Source: Escherichia coli
GTDB taxonomy: Bacteria > Pseudomonadota > Gammaproteobacteria > Enterobacterales > Enterobacteriaceae
Length of the DNA stretch: 64,000 nt
Assembly (NCBI RefSeq): GCF_050920415.1
Contig: NZ_CP169309.1
Strand: one strand, 5' to 3'
Part shown: positions 45,156 through 56,289 of the stretch, piece by piece
Numbering within the stretch: the stretch's first letter is position 1
How the letters are laid out: every line of letters begins with the position of its first letter
Notes under the pieces: model-generated
What the model was told of the DNA's origin: nothing
The model's input: only the letters and a program-made list of their open reading frames with translations
Database searches by the model: none
Made by a program: the position numbers and the translations under genes

Positions 45156-46580
45156 CTATGTGAAGTGACGGTGAAGTCGAAGCGAAGCCAGCACACCGCC
45201 TTGTGGCACGTTACACAGTGTGACTTCGCCATTAAGCAAACGGGCAACCTCACTGACGAACGCCAACCCCAGACCACTACTTTTTTGCCCATTCGCACGC
45301 GGCAAAGAGTAAAAGCGTTCAAAAATACGTGAAAGCGCGTAGTCAGGAATACCACTACCGGTATCCAGCACCTTAAGCGTGACGTGTTTCTGCTCCACTT
45401 CGGCGCTTAGCGTTATACGACCGCTCTCGGGGGTAAAATCGATGGCGTTATCCAGTAAATTCCCCAGCGCCTGCTCCAGTAACGTCGGTTCAGCAGCAAC
45501 ATTAACCTCGGTGGGCATAACATGTAGAGTGATGTTTTTTTCCGCCAACTGCACGGTGCGCGCTTCGCTGACGCGGCGAAATAATGCCGCCACATCAACA
45601 GCAGTCAAAACGACTTCCTGACGATTCTCCAGTCTTGCCTGGCGTAGTAACGTTTCCACCAGTGCCTGCATTCGCGCATTTTGCGTCAGAATGTTGTCGG
45701 TAAAACGAGCCACCACTTCCGGCGGCGGACCTTCGCGTAAAATTTCCGCCGCTCCACGAATCGCCGCCAGTGGGCTTTTTAGCTCATGAGTTAACGCATA
45801 AACATACTGCTCAATATAGTTTTTCCCTTCCAGCTTCACGCGCATACTTTCCAGCGCCTGCGCGAGTTTACGCAGCTCGCTACTACCGAGATCGGGGAGA
45901 GGAACGGGCTTATTGTCAGTGACAGAATCAGCATAGCGAGTGAGCCGGGCAATGGAGCGGTTGATCCACCAAACCATGCCTGCGCCAATCACCAGTGCAA
46001 TCCCCAACAAAATGGCGCTGGCCCATAAAATTCGCCGCTCGCTGCGCTTAATGACCGGAGCCATCGCCGCGTTCGGTTTGCCTACGCTCAAAACGCCAAT
46101 AAGCCGCGAGCCGTCCATAATTGGCGCGGCAACATACATCACAGAACTTTCGGGATCGTCAGGATTTTGCAATGTGCTGCGCGCACCATACTGACCACGC
46201 AACGTTAGCCAGACGTCATTCCAGCGCGAGTAATCCTGTCCAACGGCTTTATTTGCCGAATCGAACAATACTTTGCCCTGCGCATCGGTCATATAGACAT
46301 GATATTCATTGCGCACTTTGTTAATGCCACCGATATTGGCGCGAAACGGGCGATGTTGTAGCTGATTAAACGCCTGCGCCAGTTGCCCATGCGTTGGGTC
46401 CCCAGAGAGCAAATCGGGACGCGCCAGCTCCGCCAGCAACGTTGCGGTGTCGATCAACGTCCCCTCCGTTGCTCTTCGCACGCCCGGTTTAACTTCTTTG
46501 ACAAAAATAGCCAGTACGAACCAGGCCGCCACCGCCACCAGTAAAAAATAGCCCAGCAACAACCGCATGCCGATACGCAT
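45156..46580 (-). CDS. creC: sensor histidine kinase CreC
   Basis: 474 aa with two transmembrane segments, H-box (LTHELKSPLAAIRGAAEIL) and ATPase G-box. Confidence 0.93.
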   Translation of the reverse strand: MRIGMRLLLGYFLLVAVAAWFVLAIFVKEVKPGVRRATEGTLIDTATLLAELARPDLLSGDPTHGQLAQAFNQLQHRPFRANIGGINKVRNEYHVYMTDAQGKVLFDSANKAVGQDYSRWNDVWLTLRGQYGARSTLQNPDDPESSVMYVAAPIMDGSRLIGVLSVGKPNAAMAPVIKRSERRILWASAILLGIALVIGAGMVWWINRSIARLTRYADSVTDNKPVPLPDLGSSELRKLAQALESMRVKLEGKNYIEQYVYALTHELKSPLAAIRGAAEILREGPPPEVVARFTDNILTQNARMQALVETLLRQARLENRQEVVLTAVDVAALFRRVSEARTVQLAEKNITLHVMPTEVNVAAEPTLLEQALGNLLDNAIDFTPESGRITLSAEVEQKHVTLKVLDTGSGIPDYALSRIFERFYSLPRANGQKSSGLGLAFVSEVARLLNGEVTLCNVPQGGVLASLRLHRHFT

Positions 46581-47269
46581 TACAGGCCCCTCAGGCTATA
46601 TCCCATGCCGCGATGAGTATTAATCGGTGAAAGATCGGGGTTGATGGCGCGCAGCTTGGCACGCAGCGTTTTAATGTGGGTATCGACGGTGCGATCGTAG
46701 GTGTCCTGCGCATCTTCCCACACGCTATCCATCAGTTGCTGGCGGGACCAGACGCGGCCCGGCGACTTGAGTAATGTTTTCAGCAGCAAAAACTCATACC
46801 GCGTCAGCGTTAATGGCGTGTCAAACCAGCTGATCTGCGCCGCAGGTTCATTCAATTCAAAATGACCAATACGGATAACGGGAGACGGCGTCGAGAACTT
46901 CCTCACCCGACGCAGTAAGGTGCGCACTCTGGCGCACACTTCGCGAGGTGAAAACGGTTTAGCCACGTAGTCGTCAGCGCCAATTTCCAGCCCAAGCAGG
47001 CGATCGACCTCTTCACTTCGGGCCGTCAGGAACAGTACAGGTAACGCCGGATGGAGCGCCAGTAACTGGCGGCACAATTCAAAGCCGCTGATATCAGGCA
47101 AACCAACATCGAGAATCATGACATCGGGAACCTGCTGGCGAGCTTTATCCAGCACCGGCAAGCCTCGCTCAAAGACCTCGACGTCAAAACCTTCCTGTTG
47201 CAACATGTAGACCAGCGTGTCGGCTATCCCTTGCTCATCTTCCACTAACCAGACCGTTTCCCGTTGCAT
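46580..47269 (-). CDS. creB: response regulator CreB
   Basis: 229-aa OmpR-family ORF; its stop overlaps the creC start. Confidence 0.93.
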   Translation of the reverse strand: MQRETVWLVEDEQGIADTLVYMLQQEGFDVEVFERGLPVLDKARQQVPDVMILDVGLPDISGFELCRQLLALHPALPVLFLTARSEEVDRLLGLEIGADDYVAKPFSPREVCARVRTLLRRVRKFSTPSPVIRIGHFELNEPAAQISWFDTPLTLTRYEFLLLKTLLKSPGRVWSRQQLMDSVWEDAQDTYDRTVDTHIKTLRAKLRAINPDLSPINTHRGMGYSLRGL

Positions 47270-47281
47270 AAATCGCCTCTG

Positions 47282-47755
47282 TTATTGCCGCCACGGCATG
47301 ACAGGAACCGCGCTAATCGCGTTTTTCGGCGAACCTTCTACAACTTTGTCGGAGTAAGCCAGATAAGCGAGCGCGTTGCGTTTGGCGTCATAAAAGCGCA
47401 CGACCTGTAACGACTTAAAGACCAGGGACGTGCGTTTTTTGAATACTACCTCGCCCTGAGCTTTGCCGTTTTTAATACGATCCGACAGTTCAATCGGCCC
47501 GACTTGCTGACAAGAAATGGCCGCATCGGAGGTATCTTCTGCCAGGCCCAATCCCCCTTTAATACCGCCGGTTTTCGCCCGGCTCACATAGCAGGTGACA
47601 TTTTTCACATCGGGATCGTCAAAGGCTTCTACGACAATTTTGTGATCAGGACCGATCATTTTAAATACAGTGTCGACCGAACCAATCTCTTCTGCATGAG
47701 CCAACGGCCCCAGCATTATCAGGCTTAAGGACAGAATCAAATGCTTGTATTTCAT
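47282..47755 (-). CDS. creA: CreA family periplasmic protein
   Basis: 157 aa with a signal peptide ([21 protein letters not shown]). Confidence 0.9.
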
Positions 47756-47965
47756 ATTGTTACCATTTTTATCTATGACATGAGCAATTAGTTCACCACG
47801 ATAAATAACATATTGATTAAGAACAAAATCTCAATACTTTTATTTCCGTCAAGACCTAAAACATACTCGACTAAGAAAAAAACACTGAATGCTAAAACAG
47901 CAAAAAATGCTATTATCCAATTACCTGATGTCAGGTGCTCGTTGTTGAAAGGATGAGGATATTTT

Positions 47966-48835
47966 ATGGATCAGGCCGGCATTATTCGCGACCTTTTAAT
48001 CTGGCTGGAAGGTCATCTGGATCAGCCCCTGTCGCTCGACAATGTAGCGGCGAAAGCAGGTTATTCCAAGTGGCACTTACAGAGAATGTTTAAAGATGTC
48101 ACTGGTCATGCTATTGGCGCGTATATTCGTGCTCGTCGTTTGTCGAAATCGGCGGTCGCACTACGCCTGACTGCGCGTCCAATTCTGGATATCGCGCTGC
48201 AATACCGCTTCGACTCTCAACAGACATTTACTCGCGCATTCAAGAAGCAGTTTGCCCAGACTCCTGCTCTTTACCGCCGTTCTCCTGAATGGAGCGCCTT
48301 TGGTATTCGCCCGCCGCTGCGTCTGGGTGAATTCACCATGCCAGAGCACAAATTTGTCACCCAGGAAGATACGCCGCTGATTGGTGTTACCCAGAGTTAC
48401 TCCTGTTCGCTGGAACAAATCTCTGATTTCCGCCATGAAATGCGTTATCAGTTCTGGCACGATTTTCTTGGCAACGCGCCGACCATTCCGCCTGTGCTCT
48501 ACGGCTTGAATGAAACGCGTCCGAGCCAGGATAAAGACGACGAGCAAGAGGTCTTCTATACCACCGCATTAGCCCAGGATCAGGCAGATGGCTATGTATT
48601 GACCGGGCATCCTGTGATGCTGCAAGGCGGTGAATATGTGATGTTTACCTATGAAGGTCTGGGAACAGGCGTGCAGGAGTTTATCCTGACGGTATACGGA
48701 ACGTGCATGCCAATGCTTAACCTGACGCGCCGTAAAGGTCAGGATATTGAGCGATACTACCCGGCAGAAGATGCCAAAGCGGGAGATCGCCCAATTAATC
48801 TGCGCTGTGAACTGCTGATTCCGATCCGTCGTTAA
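47966..48835 (+). CDS. rob: AraC/XylS-family regulator Rob (right-origin-binding protein)
   Basis: 289-aa ORF MDQAGIIRDLLIWLEGHLDQPLSLDNVAAKAGYSKWHLQRMFKD... Confidence 0.95.
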   Translation: MDQAGIIRDLLIWLEGHLDQPLSLDNVAAKAGYSKWHLQRMFKDVTGHAIGAYIRARRLSKSAVALRLTARPILDIALQYRFDSQQTFTRAFKKQFAQTPALYRRSPEWSAFGIRPPLRLGEFTMPEHKFVTQEDTPLIGVTQSYSCSLEQISDFRHEMRYQFWHDFLGNAPTIPPVLYGLNETRPSQDKDDEQEVFYTTALAQDQADGYVLTGHPVMLQGGEYVMFTYEGLGTGVQEFILTVYGTCMPMLNLTRRKGQDIERYYPAEDAKAGDRPINLRCELLIPIRR

Positions 48836-49479
48836 CGCTGCAGCTCATCTAATGCAGGGGCGTCCAGATGCGAGATGTCCCCTGCGGTTTCAACCACCCA
48901 GCCAGACGCCAGCCACAAGCTTTCCTGATAATCCACGCGCGAAATAGAACAGTTACGCAGACGTAAGCGACGCTCTGCCCATGCTGGTAATCCGAGAATC
49001 GTACTCACCAGGCATCCCAGTGCAATACCGTGGCTCACCAGCAGCGGTCGGCTTCCCTGCGGTAATTCCCGGCAAGATTCCAGTGCCGCATTGACACGAT
49101 CACTGAGCTCCTGCATAGACTCGCCTTCAGGAATACGTCCGTCGACAGTGCCATTGACCAGCTGGCGACGCCAGTTTTCTTCTTCTTCGGTGAGTGAATC
49201 GATATTTCTTGTTTCCAGTACACCCATATTTAATTCACGCAGGCGAGAATCAAAGATGATGTCACAGCCGCAGGCCTGGGCGATGATTTCCGCCGTGCGG
49301 CGGGTGCGCCCTAAATCGCTACTGATGATATGCGTAATGCCAAGCTCTTTGGCACGGGTCGCCACCTGCATCGCCTGTTGCTCACCTTTGGCAGTCAGCG
49401 GGCTATCAGACTGGCCCTGAATACGTCGCTCGGCGTTCCACTGCGTTTCACCGTGGCGGACTAGGTATACCTGTAACAT
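48832..49479 (-). CDS. gpmB: histidine-phosphatase family phosphoglycerate mutase
   Basis: 215-aa ORF MLQVYLVRHGETQWN... (RHG catalytic motif). Confidence 0.93.
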   Translation of the reverse strand: MLQVYLVRHGETQWNAERRIQGQSDSPLTAKGEQQAMQVATRAKELGITHIISSDLGRTRRTAEIIAQACGCDIIFDSRLRELNMGVLETRNIDSLTEEEENWRRQLVNGTVDGRIPEGESMQELSDRVNAALESCRELPQGSRPLLVSHGIALGCLVSTILGLPAWAERRLRLRNCSISRVDYQESLWLASGWVVETAGDISHLDAPALDELQR

Positions 49480-49518
49480 GCTTTTTTTCCGTATACTGCT
49501 GTAACGTTAATTTTCTGA

Positions 49519-50381
<863 letters not shown>

Positions 50382-50455
50382 TTAGCGGGGGAAGCAAAAT
50401 GCCTCCCCCGGTTGTACTCGCTAAAGAGTACGATAGCATATCATAAACGTGCGGA

Positions 50456-52393
50456 TCAGTAACGACGTCCCCATTCCGTGGCGCTCATCAACGTTGGTTT
50501 ATCCCCCATGAAATAGCGGTAGTAAGCGTCATAAGCCAGCACGTTCTTCACATAACCGCGCGTCTCAGAGAACGGAATACTCTCGACAAATGCCACTGCG
50601 TCGATTCGACCAGCGCTGTTGCCAAGCCAGGTGCGCACTCGTCCAGGTCCGGCGTTATAAGCTGCTGAGGCGAAAATACGGTTATTGCCAAACTGCTGAT
50701 AAACATATTGCAGGTAACTGGTGCCGATGTTGATGTTCGTTTCCGGATCCAGCAATTGCCCAGGGCTGCTGTAGCCAGGAATAGAGAACATCTTCACCGT
50801 ATGGGTCGCCGTACCAGGCATAATCTGCATCAGCCCGCTGGCCCCTACCGGTGACTTCACTTTCGGATTCCAGGCGCTCTCCTGACGGGCAATCGCCATC
50901 GCATAGCTTTGCGGGATCTCCTTACCGCTGGTGTAACGTTTGAAAAGATCGTTGTAGGCCAGCGGGAATCGCTCTTCCAGATGATCCCACAACTTCCCGG
51001 CGATCGTCGCCTGAACGCTGAGATCCCACCATTGGTTGTTGAAAGCATACCGTGCCAGCTGTGCCTGCTCTGTTTTTGACTTGCTCTTCACCAGATTGGC
51101 CCACTCGCTACGCGCGGTGTTATCGAGATTCCAGTACATCAACTCGCGCACGCGCGCCATCTCCGGCCCCTGAGTCAGGGTGCTGTCAACATTCTGCGGC
51201 GCTTTATCAATCTTCAGCTCATACTCTTCGCCGATGCGCTGTGCAGCAACCATCGGGTAGAAACCACGCTGTTGCATGAGTTGATGCAGAATCTCTTTCG
51301 CTTCAGCTTCGCGTCCGCGTTCCAGCAATAAATCGGCCTGCCAGTAACGCCATTCATCTTTCTCTTTCGCTTCCATCGGCAAACGCGCCAGCCAGGTATT
51401 CAGGCCACGCCGATCGCCAGTACCAAGCGCCATCCGTACTCGGCGTTCAATCAACGAGGTGGATTGCGAGCGCATAATGGCGTCATCGCGCCATTTCGCC
51501 TGCTCGTCGGTGACATCGTTGCCCATCAAACGCCAGGCGACGATATCGCGCAGTTCCTGAATCTGATCTTCATTAAGCTGCTGTGCCTGAGCAAGCGATG
51601 GGATCATCAGCCGTGCATTTTCAGCATCCTGCCGCGCCACACTGGCAAACGCCACCGCCGCCATTTGACGGGTAAAATCGGTCGCTCCGGTTGTACGCGC
51701 GAAGGTCAGTACCGTATTAGGGTTGTTCGCCAGTGAAATGATTGCCGAGGCGATAGTCTGGTAATCGGCAGGCATCTGCCCTGCCAGCACTGTCACCAGG
51801 CCTGTGTTACCCGCTTTCATCGCCAGACGGATACGCTCCAGATACGCCAGCGGATCTTGTTTGCCTGACGCACGCCAGACGCTAAATAACTTGTCACAGG
51901 CGTTAGGCTGGCTCTTGCCGGTTAGCCACAGCTCTTTCGCCCCTTGCCAGGCTTCTTCACTCTGCCCGGTATTCCATTTCGCATAGTAGTAATTACATTG
52001 CGCTTCGGTAGTTCCTGGCTTTTCCGGGCTAAAGGCTAACAAACCACGCCAGTCTTCACGCCGCGCCAGTTCATTGACGAAACGAGATTGTAGCGTGCGA
52101 GCGGGAGGAAGCGTGGGGTTAGCGCGAACAAAGTTAGTGACCGTCACCGCCGGTTGATTCATCAGATCATCGGTGATCTGGCGGTATTCCAGATAGGGAT
52201 AAAGTGGATAATCCTTCAGTCCAGGCATCATTTGTTCGACCACATCCATTTGTCGATTATCCCAGGCCTGCTTAATTTGCGCGTAACGGCTACGCTGCTC
52301 ATCCAGTGAGTCGGCTCGCGCCACGCTGCTGACCGTCAGCAGACAGACACCGACAGCCAACAGCCGCCAGGTAACGTGTTTGGCTTTTTCCAC
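50456..52393 (-). CDS. slt: soluble lytic murein transglycosylase (Slt70)
   Basis: 645 aa with a signal peptide and the C-terminal lysozyme-like catalytic domain. Confidence 0.95.
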   Translation of the reverse strand: MEKAKHVTWRLLAVGVCLLTVSSVARADSLDEQRSRYAQIKQAWDNRQMDVVEQMMPGLKDYPLYPYLEYRQITDDLMNQPAVTVTNFVRANPTLPPARTLQSRFVNELARREDWRGLLAFSPEKPGTTEAQCNYYYAKWNTGQSEEAWQGAKELWLTGKSQPNACDKLFSVWRASGKQDPLAYLERIRLAMKAGNTGLVTVLAGQMPADYQTIASAIISLANNPNTVLTFARTTGATDFTRQMAAVAFASVARQDAENARLMIPSLAQAQQLNEDQIQELRDIVAWRLMGNDVTDEQAKWRDDAIMRSQSTSLIERRVRMALGTGDRRGLNTWLARLPMEAKEKDEWRYWQADLLLERGREAEAKEILHQLMQQRGFYPMVAAQRIGEEYELKIDKAPQNVDSTLTQGPEMARVRELMYWNLDNTARSEWANLVKSKSKTEQAQLARYAFNNQWWDLSVQATIAGKLWDHLEERFPLAYNDLFKRYTSGKEIPQSYAMAIARQESAWNPKVKSPVGASGLMQIMPGTATHTVKMFSIPGYSSPGQLLDPETNINIGTSYLQYVYQQFGNNRIFASAAYNAGPGRVRTWLGNSAGRIDAVAFVESIPFSETRGYVKNVLAYDAYYRYFMGDKPTLMSATEWGRRY

Positions 52394-52603
52394 AAGCGCA
52401 TCCTCTAAGTGTCAATACATCAATGCAGCGTCATGCCGCGTAATAGATTTATGCTAACCAGTCATTGCCGTTTACGCCACGTTACGGACACTTTTTTACT
52501 TTTACTGCGAGGGTGATCGACCGGCTGGGATTAGATAAGGAAACAGGCTACACTTCGCCTTTGAAAACTCATCATCACGATAAACATAGAGGCGAAGTCC
52601 AAC

Positions 52604-54271
52604 GTGGCTCAATTCGTTTATACCATGCATCGTGTCGGCAAAGTTGTTCCGCCGAAACGTCATATTTTGAAAAACATCTCTCTGAGTTTCTTCCCTGGGG
52701 CAAAAATTGGTGTCCTGGGTCTGAACGGCGCGGGTAAGTCTACCCTGCTGCGCATTATGGCGGGCATTGATAAAGACATCGAAGGTGAAGCGCGTCCGCA
52801 ACCGGATATCAAGATTGGTTACCTGCCGCAGGAACCTCAGCTGAACCCGGAACACACCGTGCGTGAGTCCATTGAAGAAGCGGTTTCTGAAGTGGTTAAC
52901 GCTCTGAAACGTCTGGATGAAGTGTATGCGCTGTACGCCGATCCGGATGCCGATTTTGACAAGCTGGCCGCTGAACAAGGCCGTCTGGAAGAGATCATTC
53001 AGGCTCATGACGGTCATAACCTGAACGTTCAGCTGGAGCGTGCGGCTGATGCGCTGCGTCTGCCGGACTGGGACGCGAAAATCGCTAACCTTTCCGGTGG
53101 TGAGCGTCGTCGCGTGGCGTTGTGCCGCCTGCTGTTGGAAAAACCAGACATGCTGCTGCTCGACGAACCGACCAACCACCTGGATGCCGAATCCGTAGCG
53201 TGGCTGGAACGCTTCCTGCACGACTTCGAGGGCACCGTGGTGGCGATTACCCACGACCGTTACTTCCTCGATAACGTTGCAGGCTGGATCCTCGAACTTG
53301 ACCGCGGTGAAGGTATTCCGTGGGAAGGTAACTACTCCTCCTGGCTGGAGCAGAAAGATCAGCGTCTGGCGCAGGAAGCTTCACAAGAAGCAGCGCGTCG
53401 TAAGTCGATCGAGAAAGAGCTGGAGTGGGTACGTCAGGGAACTAAAGGCCGTCAGTCGAAAGGTAAAGCACGTCTGGCGCGCTTTGAAGAGCTGAACAGC
53501 ACCGAATATCAGAAACGTAACGAAACCAACGAACTGTTTATTCCGCCAGGACCGCGTCTGGGCGATAAAGTGCTGGAAGTCAGCAACCTGCGTAAATCTT
53601 ACGGCGATCGCCTGCTGATTGACTCCCTGAGCTTCTCGATCCCTAAAGGGGCGATCGTCGGGATCATCGGTCCGAACGGCGCGGGCAAATCAACACTGTT
53701 CCGTATGATCTCTGGTCAGGAACAACCAGACAGCGGCACCATCACTTTAGGTGAAACGGTGAAACTGGCATCTGTCGATCAGTTCCGTGACTCAATGGAT
53801 AACAGCAAAACCGTTTGGGAAGAAGTTTCCGGCGGGCTGGATATCATGAAGATCGGTAACACCGAGATGCCAAGCCGCGCCTACGTTGGCCGCTTCAACT
53901 TTAAAGGGGTTGATCAGGGTAAACGCGTTGGTGAACTCTCCGGTGGTGAGCGTGGTCGTCTGCATCTGGCGAAGCTGCTGCAGGTTGGCGGCAACATGCT
54001 GCTGCTCGACGAACCGACCAACGACCTGGATATCGAAACCCTGCGTGCGCTGGAAAACGCCCTGCTGGAGTTCCCGGGCTGCGCGATGGTTATCTCGCAC
54101 GACCGTTGGTTCCTCGACCGTATCGCCACACACATTCTGGATTACCAGGATGAAGGTAAAGTTGAGTTCTTTGAAGGTAACTTTACCGAGTACGAAGAGT
54201 ACAAGAAACGCACGCTGGGCGCAGACGCGCTGGAGCCGAAGCGTATCAAGTACAAGCGTATTGCGAAGTAA
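52604..54271 (+). CDS. ettA: energy-dependent translational throttle ABC-F ATPase
   Basis: 555 aa with two ABC cassettes (Walker A GLNGAGKST and GPNGAGKST; signatures LSGGERRR and LSGGERGR). Confidence 0.95.
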   Translation: MAQFVYTMHRVGKVVPPKRHILKNISLSFFPGAKIGVLGLNGAGKSTLLRIMAGIDKDIEGEARPQPDIKIGYLPQEPQLNPEHTVRESIEEAVSEVVNALKRLDEVYALYADPDADFDKLAAEQGRLEEIIQAHDGHNLNVQLERAADALRLPDWDAKIANLSGGERRRVALCRLLLEKPDMLLLDEPTNHLDAESVAWLERFLHDFEGTVVAITHDRYFLDNVAGWILELDRGEGIPWEGNYSSWLEQKDQRLAQEASQEAARRKSIEKELEWVRQGTKGRQSKGKARLARFEELNSTEYQKRNETNELFIPPGPRLGDKVLEVSNLRKSYGDRLLIDSLSFSIPKGAIVGIIGPNGAGKSTLFRMISGQEQPDSGTITLGETVKLASVDQFRDSMDNSKTVWEEVSGGLDIMKIGNTEMPSRAYVGRFNFKGVDQGKRVGELSGGERGRLHLAKLLQVGGNMLLLDEPTNDLDIETLRALENALLEFPGCAMVISHDRWFLDRIATHILDYQDEGKVEFFEGNFTEYEEYKKRTLGADALEPKRIKYKRIAK

Positions 54272-54280
54272 TGCGTAAAA

Positions 54281-54314
54281 TGCCGGATGCGGCGCGCCAG
54301 CATCGCATCCGGTA
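54281..54314. repeat. REP element after ettA
   Basis: tgccggatgcggcgcgccagcatcgcatccggta palindrome. Confidence 0.8.
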
Positions 54315-54326
54315 ATAGTTAAATGA

Positions 54327-54623
54327 TTAATGGGAGGCAAGTTCCCGGAAAAAGGCAGGATTTTCTTTAATTGTGGCAAGTACTTTTGCAGCCAATCCCG
54401 TAGGATTTCTTCGCTTCGATTCCCAGCTTTTAATGGTATCCACACTGGTTCCCAGAGCTTTTGCCATCTCACTTTGCGAAACGTTGAGTTGCTCACGAAT
54501 AGCTTTAACATCCGCAATTTCGTAGCGGGTCACCCGTGCAGGTTCTTTTAAACCTTGTTTAATCTCGACAGCCTCTTCCAGAGAGGTTTTCAACTCATCA
54601 AAAAAACTCATTTTATACCTCAC
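54327..54623 (-). CDS. XRE-family HTH protein, putative antitoxin of a toxin-antitoxin-like pair
   Basis: 98-aa ORF with a C-terminal HTH (LNVSQSEMAKALGTSVDTIKSWESKRRNPTGLAAKVL); its start overlaps the upstream toxin ORF by 11 nt. Absent from K-12 at this position. Confidence 0.6.
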   Translation of the reverse strand: MRYKMSFFDELKTSLEEAVEIKQGLKEPARVTRYEIADVKAIREQLNVSQSEMAKALGTSVDTIKSWESKRRNPTGLAAKVLATIKENPAFFRELASH

Positions 54624-54945
54624 CTTTGAGCAGTTTCGTCAACTTCTTTAGTTGAGCTTTTTCCGTATCTGTCAGACTGTCTTTGGCATTCTTCGGATAG
54701 GCCATAATCAAATAAATAATCTCTTCCGTCGCCAGAAAGTAAATTATTCTGACACTACCACTTTTTCCCTGTGAACCCGCAGCCATTCGGACTTTACGCA
54801 ATCCACCAGTCTGCTGAATGAGATCACCTTTATCGGGAGTTCCGATGAGTTCTTTTTGCAATTCCTTTAATTCATCATCGGTTGCAATCTGCTTGATCTG
54901 ACGCGTAAACATTGGCGTCTCTATAAATATTATCGCCTTGCCCAT
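54613..54945 (-). CDS. RelE/ParE-superfamily (HigB-like) putative toxin
   Basis: ORF trimmed to MGKAIIFIETPMF... (110 aa) with GGLRKVRMAAGSQGKSGSVRIIYFLATEEIIYLIMAYPKN, typical of RelE/HigB-like toxins; RBS-like agggaagggta just upstream of the ATG; toxin-first gene order. Confidence 0.55.
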   Translation of the reverse strand: MGKAIIFIETPMFTRQIKQIATDDELKELQKELIGTPDKGDLIQQTGGLRKVRMAAGSQGKSGSVRIIYFLATEEIIYLIMAYPKNAKDSLTDTEKAQLKKLTKLLKGEV

Positions 54946-54959
54946 TACCCTTCCCTGGC

Positions 54960-55000
54960 AGGTACATTGTACACCAAAATGGAGTACTAAGTACACTTTT
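54960..55000 (-). promoter_or_regulatory. putative promoter/operator of the toxin-antitoxin pair (GTAC-containing palindromes)
   Basis: ggtacattgtacacc and gagtactaagtacac inverted repeats 15-55 nt upstream of the toxin start. Confidence 0.3.
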
Positions 55001-55036
55001 GAATCAGTAATATCACTCAACATCTTATAAAGATGA

Positions 55037-56269
55037 TTATCCCTGCTCCCCCATCATCTCCCGCACCAACTCCACGCAGCGCAGGAAACGGCTGTCGTAA
55101 TCGTCCTCTTCAACCCGCACAAATTCGATATTGTTCTCTTCCAGCATTTCCACCAGCAAGTTCTGGAACTCTTTGCGATCCACCGAACTGCCGAGACTGC
55201 GTAAACCATCCGCCACCCACGGCGTGTTGTTCTCCAGCAGAATCACCAGATCAAAACGGTATTCATCGATCAGCGCCTGTACGAACGGATGCTCGCGCCC
55301 TTCGTACTTTTTGCAGAACGCCTGAGTTGTCACAAAATCGGTGTCGATAAACGCCACTTTATTGGCATATTTTACTGCAAAATCAATATATTGAGCGTGT
55401 CCAAGTGCGATTTTATCGTAGTCGGAATACTGCAATGCGATCTCATCGCCGCCAAGATGTGAAAAGACATAATCGCGACCATATTCCCATGCACTGGTAG
55501 TGTTGAAGATATTGGCAAGTTTGTTTACCAGGGTGGATTTACCGCTCGATTCGCCGCCGAGGATCGCCACGGTGCGCACAAAGAACGGCTTCACTTCGGT
55601 AGGAATATATTCCCAGTAGCGGAACGGATTTTCGCGGATCTGCGCACCACTGATACTCATAAAAGTACGTTTCGGATCGACCAATACCGTTTCGATCCCC
55701 AGATGTTCCATATACTGCGGCGCGTCGGCTTCTTCCGAGGTGTAGATCAGATCCGGCTGGATCCCTTTTTCAGCCATAAACTTTTTGATGCCGTTGCTCC
55801 ACACATCCCAGCCATGCGGATACGGCTCCATGCCCTCTTCGTTGAATGCATGAATGCGAATATTTTTCTGATATTTAAAAGTTTGCAATAACCAGCGCAG
55901 ACGATCCGGCACCGTGGGCTGCTGCGACATGGCGCTGTCTTCGAACAACGCGCGGTCGCGGGTAGCGTCAAAGCCCATAATGATATGCAGCTCGTCAACC
56001 TGACTACAGGCACGCTGGATAAGGTAGATATGTCCGGTATGCAGCGGGTAAAACTTACCGAATACAACACCAATAGTTTTCTTCTGCCGGGGAAATTCAA
56101 GTCCCAAATAACGGTGCAACGCCTCCAGCTTTTGCGCGCTGGGGCTTTTAATTTTGGCATTCAGTAACTGGCTTAAATACCCTTTGGTCATACCGCTGGC
56201 ATCAGCCACCTGCTGTAGCGTACAGCCCTGTTGCTTGATGGCAGTTTTCAGATAATCAAATGACGACAT
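55037..56269 (-). CDS. nadR: bifunctional NMN adenylyltransferase / ribosylnicotinamide kinase and NAD regulator
   Basis: ORF trimmed to MSSFDYLKTAIKQQGCTLQQVADASGMTKGYLSQLLN... (N-terminal HTH), 410 aa. Confidence 0.93.
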   Translation of the reverse strand: MSSFDYLKTAIKQQGCTLQQVADASGMTKGYLSQLLNAKIKSPSAQKLEALHRYLGLEFPRQKKTIGVVFGKFYPLHTGHIYLIQRACSQVDELHIIMGFDATRDRALFEDSAMSQQPTVPDRLRWLLQTFKYQKNIRIHAFNEEGMEPYPHGWDVWSNGIKKFMAEKGIQPDLIYTSEEADAPQYMEHLGIETVLVDPKRTFMSISGAQIRENPFRYWEYIPTEVKPFFVRTVAILGGESSGKSTLVNKLANIFNTTSAWEYGRDYVFSHLGGDEIALQYSDYDKIALGHAQYIDFAVKYANKVAFIDTDFVTTQAFCKKYEGREHPFVQALIDEYRFDLVILLENNTPWVADGLRSLGSSVDRKEFQNLLVEMLEENNIEFVRVEEDDYDSRFLRCVELVREMMGEQG

Positions 56270-56289
56270 ATCTCCCTCCCTATCTCTCA

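Noticed and set aside
52502-54517. Minus-strand ORFs of 250 and 241 aa overlapping ettA
   Set aside because: Antisense to the ABC-F gene ettA; no start context or motif support.
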